From a candidate division FCPU426 bacterium (GTDB lineage: Bacteria; Oederibacteriota; PGYV01; Palsa-1178), in contig CAWIXE010000001.1 in the NCBI GenBank assembly GCA_963840035.1, forward strand, positions 992,001-1,056,000: DNA of 64,000 nucleotides, read 5' to 3'. The position numbers and the translations under genes were made by a program. The first letter of the stretch is position 1, and each line of letters starts with the position of its first letter. Under the pieces are notes generated by a model. It did no database searches. It had not been told where the DNA came from and saw nothing but the letters and a program-made list of their open reading frames with translations. This document shows, one piece after another, positions 59,544-64,000 of the stretch.

Positions 59544-60895
59544 ACGGAAAAAAAATACTGGCGGCGTTTATGGCGTTTGCGCTGCTTGGCGCGTATTACT
59601 GGTTTTTTGAGGTAAAAAAGAAGGCTGAGGATGAAAAAATAAAAGCCGAGGCCGCGCGTTTTTTTCCGGGGTTTGACAGTAATAAAATATCGGAAATAAC
59701 AATAAAAAGCCCCAAAGGCAAAATATTCCTGAAAAAAAGCGGTGTTACCTGGTACATGGAAAAACCGGCAAAATATGAGTGTGACACGGGTTTTGTTGAC
59801 AGCATAGCGGCGTCTTTCGCGGCGGCCATACCAGAACAAAAAATTGACGGGATAAAACCACAGGATTTCGGCATTACGGGGAATGACCCGTCAATCATTT
59901 TCAGGGAATTTACAGGCAAAACTTATGAAGTTGTTTTCGGGACTGAAAGCAGCGCGTCCCATTTAATGTACGCGGCAAAACCCGGCGAGGCAGGGGTAGT
60001 CTACCTTATACCCCATACGCTTATAGATTATTGCGAGAAAACCATATTTGACCTGCGTTATAAAAAAATCCTTAAAATGCCGGAAGCGGCCATAGATAAG
60101 ATAGCGGTCAACGTTAAGGGCAAGAAATACACCCTTGTTAATTCGCCGGCCGGATGGCGGTTTGAACCGGACACTAAGGAAAAAGTAAAAACTGATATGG
60201 CAAACAACATCATAAGAACTTTTAGGGAAAATGTTGCGAAGTCAATGGAAGGCCCTGAGGCAGCGGGAAAGCGCGGCATAAGTGCTTCTTCTGAAACAGT
60301 GGATTTTTATTTTGGCAAAGAACACGCGAAAATAGTTTTCGGCAGTGAAGATAAGAAAAAATACTCGGTTTATGCCCAAAACAACCAGATAGACGACATT
60401 TTGGAGCTTCCGGATTTCGTATACTTGAACCTGCCGGCCTCACGTGACCTGGCGGATAAAAGGATAACCGGTTTTAACCCGCAGATGGCTCGGAGGATAG
60501 AGGCAAACTACGGTGACAGGTCTTTTATCGCGGAGAAGCAGACAGATCCCAAAAAGCCGGATAAATGGAAGATAAAAAGCGTGAAGATAAGCAAAGTTGA
60601 GGAAGCAAAAATAAACGGATCATTAATAGCTTCTGACCTTGCCTGGCTCGAGTATTCCGAAAAGATACAGGTGAAACCTGAAGGAAACCAGGAGCAGCTC
60701 TACGGGTTTGTTCCGGGGAATAACGTTATAAGGGTATTTGATGATAAAAATGCCATGTTGGCCGAGTTTAACATCGGGAAGAAAGCCAATAAACAGGAGC
60801 TGGTATTTGTCAGGACAAATAACCCCGGGGTTATATATCTCACGGGATTAAGCGGAATAAATAATCTGAATCTCCCGGGTATGGAGGTAAGGTAA
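59540..60895 (+). CDS. DUF4340-like membrane-anchored protein
   Basis: N-terminal TM, repeated W.M..P and FG modules, usual position after GldG-like genes. Confidence 0.7.
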   Translation: MNGKKILAAFMAFALLGAYYWFFEVKKKAEDEKIKAEAARFFPGFDSNKISEITIKSPKGKIFLKKSGVTWYMEKPAKYECDTGFVDSIAASFAAAIPEQKIDGIKPQDFGITGNDPSIIFREFTGKTYEVVFGTESSASHLMYAAKPGEAGVVYLIPHTLIDYCEKTIFDLRYKKILKMPEAAIDKIAVNVKGKKYTLVNSPAGWRFEPDTKEKVKTDMANNIIRTFRENVAKSMEGPEAAGKRGISASSETVDFYFGKEHAKIVFGSEDKKKYSVYAQNNQIDDILELPDFVYLNLPASRDLADKRITGFNPQMARRIEANYGDRSFIAEKQTDPKKPDKWKIKSVKISKVEEAKINGSLIASDLAWLEYSEKIQVKPEGNQEQLYGFVPGNNVIRVFDDKNAMLAEFNIGKKANKQELVFVRTNNPGVIYLTGLSGINNLNLPGMEVR

Positions 60896-62269
60896 ATGAA
60901 AAAAACTTTTTTTCTGGTAATCGCGTTTTTTGCTGTTGTGGCATCTGTTTTGGCGGTGCAGTTTATTCCGGCTTCTTTTAAGGATCTGGCAGAAAAAGTG
61001 CGGCCGTCTGTAGTGAACATCTCAACCGTGAGCACCATAAGGACAGGCCAGGACGCGTACGGAGACCCGTTTTTTAACGATGATTTTTACCAGCGTTTTT
61101 TTGGAATGCCCAAGCAGCAGATGAAAAGGCAGTCGTTGGGAAGCGGTTTTATTGTGAGCCCTGACGGATACATACTTACAAATAATCATGTGGTGGATAA
61201 AGCTGATGAGATAACTGTAAAACTGTACAACCAGAAGGAATTCAAGGCAAAGGTTATAGGCACTGACAGGGAAACAGACCTGGCAGTAATCAGGATTGAT
61301 ACCAACGGTTTGACACCGATACTCATGGGTGATTCAGACAGGATAAATGTGGGCGACTGGGTTGTGGCCGTGGGCAGCCCTTTCGGGCTTGAACAGACAG
61401 TGACGCAGGGAATCATAAGCGCCAAAGGCAGGATTATCGGCGCCGGGCCGTATGATGATTTCCTCCAGACTGACGCGGCAATAAACCCGGGAAATTCCGG
61501 GGGCCCGCTTATCAACCTTGACGGCGAGGTCATCGGCATAAACACGGCAATCTCATCCACGTCAGGCGGTTATGAAGGCGTGGGGTTTGCCATGCCCATT
61601 AACATGGCGAAAAAATCATATTCTGACATCATAAGCAAAGGCAAGGTGGTGCGCGGCTGGCTCGGGGTTGTAATTCAGGAGATGACGCCTGAGCTTGCCA
61701 AACATTTTAAGGTCACGGACGGGGTGCTCATATCACAGGTGTATGCCGGAAGCCCCGCTGAAGAAGGCGGCATAAAACGCGGTGATGTTGTAACCGAGAT
61801 TGACGGCAAGAAGATCAAAAAATACCGCGAATTGCAGGCTGTCATCGCCGGCGAATCAGTGGGCTCAAGCGTGCCTGTTACCGTCGTAAGGGAAGGCAAA
61901 GAGATTAACCTCAGCATAAAAGTCGCGGAGCGCAACCTTGAAAAATTCGCGGAACAGCAGCAGAAAGAGTACGCGCAGGAGGCAAAAAAGGACCTTGGCA
62001 TAGTGGCAAGCGACTTAACGCCTGAAACAGCTGAGCGTTACGGCCTGGCGGCCAAGCAGGGCGTTGTGGTGCTGCAGGTGGAGGAAGGCTCCGCAGCGGA
62101 TTCCGCCGGGGTCATGGGCGGTGATGTCATACACGAGATGAACGGCAGGCAGGTAAAAAGCAGCGCGGATTTTGACGCGCTTGCGGCAAAGGTGAAAAAG
62201 GGAAGCCAGGTGGTGCTGCTTATAGAACGGGGAAATACGATGGTGTATCTGGCTTTTACGAATAACTAA
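60896..62269 (+). CDS. degP: DegP/DegQ (HtrA) serine endoprotease
   Basis: GSGFIV, TNNHVV, DLAV, GNSGGP, two PDZ domains. Confidence 0.92.
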   Translation: MKKTFFLVIAFFAVVASVLAVQFIPASFKDLAEKVRPSVVNISTVSTIRTGQDAYGDPFFNDDFYQRFFGMPKQQMKRQSLGSGFIVSPDGYILTNNHVVDKADEITVKLYNQKEFKAKVIGTDRETDLAVIRIDTNGLTPILMGDSDRINVGDWVVAVGSPFGLEQTVTQGIISAKGRIIGAGPYDDFLQTDAAINPGNSGGPLINLDGEVIGINTAISSTSGGYEGVGFAMPINMAKKSYSDIISKGKVVRGWLGVVIQEMTPELAKHFKVTDGVLISQVYAGSPAEEGGIKRGDVVTEIDGKKIKKYRELQAVIAGESVGSSVPVTVVREGKEINLSIKVAERNLEKFAEQQQKEYAQEAKKDLGIVASDLTPETAERYGLAAKQGVVVLQVEEGSAADSAGVMGGDVIHEMNGRQVKSSADFDALAAKVKKGSQVVLLIERGNTMVYLAFTNN

Positions 62270-62314
62270 ACCGGATTCTGAATTCTTGATTCTGGATTTT
62301 GGATTGAAAGGCAT

Positions 62315-62346
62315 AAAAAGGGCGGGTTATACCGCCCTTTTTTTTT
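62315..62346 (+). terminator. Intrinsic terminator
   Basis: AAAAAGGGCGG-GTTATA-CCGCCC followed by T9. Confidence 0.85.
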
Positions 62347-62351
62347 AGGCA

Positions 62352-62554
62352 CTGCGGCAGACATGGATGACACTTTTTTGAATTAGCGGCGGGTTTAAGA
62401 GACGAATATAGTTGATAATTTACAATGCGGGAATAGATTTGTATACGCTTGTTTGCTTCACGGCGGGCAGGTTTGATAGGGACATGGTAAACTTGTATTC
62501 AAATGGTTGCTCCCGGGGCTTAATCAAAAAGAGCGTCATCCATGTCTGCCGCAG
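62352..62554. repeat. MITE-like element of ~200 bp with ~36-bp terminal inverted repeats
   Basis: CTGCGGCAGACATGGATGAC is perfectly inverted at both ends and extends imperfectly inward. Confidence 0.65.
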
Positions 62555-62714
62555 CTAAAACAGAAAGCATTGTTTAAGCAAATTTAGTAGTTTTGCTGTG
62601 ATATTATATAATAATAAAACGCAAAAACCTGTTAATGCATGCAGTGTGGAAAAATAACGCTTATTTCTAATGTTAAAGCGTGTGCATTGAAAATGTGTTC
62701 CTTATGGCGAAACG

Positions 62715-62743
62715 TTGACTAAAACCCATAATTCTGTTAAAAT
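62715..62743 (+). promoter_or_regulatory. Sigma70 promoter
   Basis: TTGACT-17 nt-TAAAAT. Confidence 0.6.
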
Positions 62744-62831
62744 CATATATATTAGAACTTTTGAGTGTTTTTATTGTCTAAAATACATGCGGTTCTTCAT
62801 TATTATAAGCTAAACCGCATCGGGGCGTTTT

Positions 62832-64000
62832 ATGTTTATAAAACGGAATATAAAAGCATCCAGAATGATAAAAACAATGATTTCAATCGTTGTTGTTTTC
62901 ACGTTAACATTCATGTTTCAGTTTACATACGCAGCTCCAACCCCTAATACGAATGCTACTTACCTTGCCTGGGTTGACAGTTCAACCAATCCGCAGGGGC
63001 AAATACATATTTTTGGAGTCATCCCCAATACAAAAGTTACTGTGTACTCAACTCCTTTAAATGGGACAACAATTGCAGGCCCGACAACCATAACCAATAT
63101 TAACCTCCCGGTTGAAGGGTTTCCCATAGACTGGAGAAGTTTAAACGGCAATGTCCCGTTTGGTCAGATGTTTTTTAAGATTACTTCTGATTATCCTGTG
63201 ATATGGGAATCCGGAAACGTGAATATAGGATCAAATTTTGATTATGAAATAGGCGTTTTGTCATTAAACGGAACTTTAAGAGGGAGAACATTTTATACGT
63301 TCATGCAGCCTCTTTCAGCTGGCGGGGTGGCCGATGTTCTGACAGTGTTTAATCCGGATGCGGTACCTAAAAATATTACTGTTATGAAATGGAACACGGG
63401 TACAACAGCATATGACATTCCTGTTGCGGGAGGAACCTTTGCAGTGCCGGCTGGCGGGGTTTATACTTTCGCGCCTCCGGCGGCAACAGAGCTGGGATAC
63501 TATAAGGTTGTATCTGACAGCGATGTAATGATGTTTAAAGGTGTCGCGCAGAATTCTGACAATGACAATTGGTTTGAACACGGTTCTGACTGGATTTCAG
63601 GATCAAAAATAGGCACACAGGTTTATGGAAAATTTGGCGCTTTAGATACGAAAATGACCATAACAGGAATCACAGGGGGTATGATAAGTTACGACGTGTA
63701 CTATATGGATTATCCCGCGATGAATACATCGTCAACGGTATGGACGCTTTTAAGCAGCGGGGTAGTTGCGCAGGGCGCGGGTGCAAGTATAAATCCTCCT
63801 ATTAACGGCGGTATATTTAAGGTTATAACTACCGGCGGGGAAGTTCTGGTCGGCGGCGGTTCGACAATAATGACCAGTATGTGGGGCGATGGAGATTATG
63901 TTCCGGGATCCATAAACAAAAGCCCGCTCGATGTTGATTTTTATTTTACAACAGGAAACAACGGGAGCGGCGGCGGCGGCAATCCGGTTTGCTCGATAGT
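62832..64000 (+). CDS. Large secreted beta-rich protein running off the window end (not in the ORF track)
   Basis: ATG 62832 (or 62865). Signal peptide ...FMFQFTYA-APTPN. Repeated K[IV][TV]SD.[PD]V motifs, loosely reminiscent of IgGFc-binding N-terminal domains. Confidence 0.7.
   Translation, partial: MFIKRNIKASRMIKTMISIVVVFTLTFMFQFTYAAPTPNTNATYLAWVDSSTNPQGQIHIFGVIPNTKVTVYSTPLNGTTIAGPTTITNINLPVEGFPIDWRSLNGNVPFGQMFFKITSDYPVIWESGNVNIGSNFDYEIGVLSLNGTLRGRTFYTFMQPLSAGGVADVLTVFNPDAVPKNITVMKWNTGTTAYDIPVAGGTFAVPAGGVYTFAPPAATELGYYKVVSDSDVMMFKGVAQNSDNDNWFEHGSDWISGSKIGTQVYGKFGALDTKMTITGITGGMISYDVYYMDYPAMNTSSTVWTLLSSGVVAQGAGASINPPINGGIFKVITTGGEVLVGGGSTIMTSMWGDGDYVPGSINKSPLDVDFYFTTGNNGSGGGGNPVCSI

Noticed and set aside
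62765..62947. 60-aa ORF near the window end
   Set aside because: Overlaps, in another frame, the long signal-peptide-bearing ORF starting at 62832.

Overview
Bacterial chromosomal window, almost entirely + strand. The cell is probably diderm: there is an outer-membrane phospholipase PldA, and DnaK carries the diderm-type insert. Thr/Pro-linker proteins with FlgD-Ig/T9SS-like C-terminal domains suggest a Goldbacteria/FCPU426-like uncultured lineage (inference only). Housekeeping blocks: ileS-DUF5665-PAS membrane protein-lspA-lgt-rluD; mannose-1-P guanylyltransferase/phosphomannomutase; split transketolase; secDF; dnaK-groES-groEL-dnaJ; and a GldAFG-like ABC exporter-DUF4340-degP. Between them are accessory lipoproteins, hydrolases and large secreted proteins. 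No rRNA, tRNA, CRISPR array or transposase was recognised. The most notable signals are: (1) a promoter-driven, probably non-coding ~255-nt RNA at 24.3-24.5 kb, with a U-poor hexamer/GGA-repeat 5' half and a G.U-rich structured 3' half; (2) a DUF559 endonuclease flanked by 76-bp inverted repeats with covarying internal hairpins; (3) several GTAG-type REP/REPIN families, two copies carrying the same 31-nt hairpin inserted in the loop; (4) a ribokinase-transketolase fusion; (5) a sigma54 promoter with activator-type palindromes upstream of dnaK; (6) a cluster of membrane proteins with NuoJ/K-like topology; (7) 7-mer and 9-mer inverted tandem arrays bracketing intergenic regions. Four single-base frameshifts in or near short homopolymers may be assembly errors.
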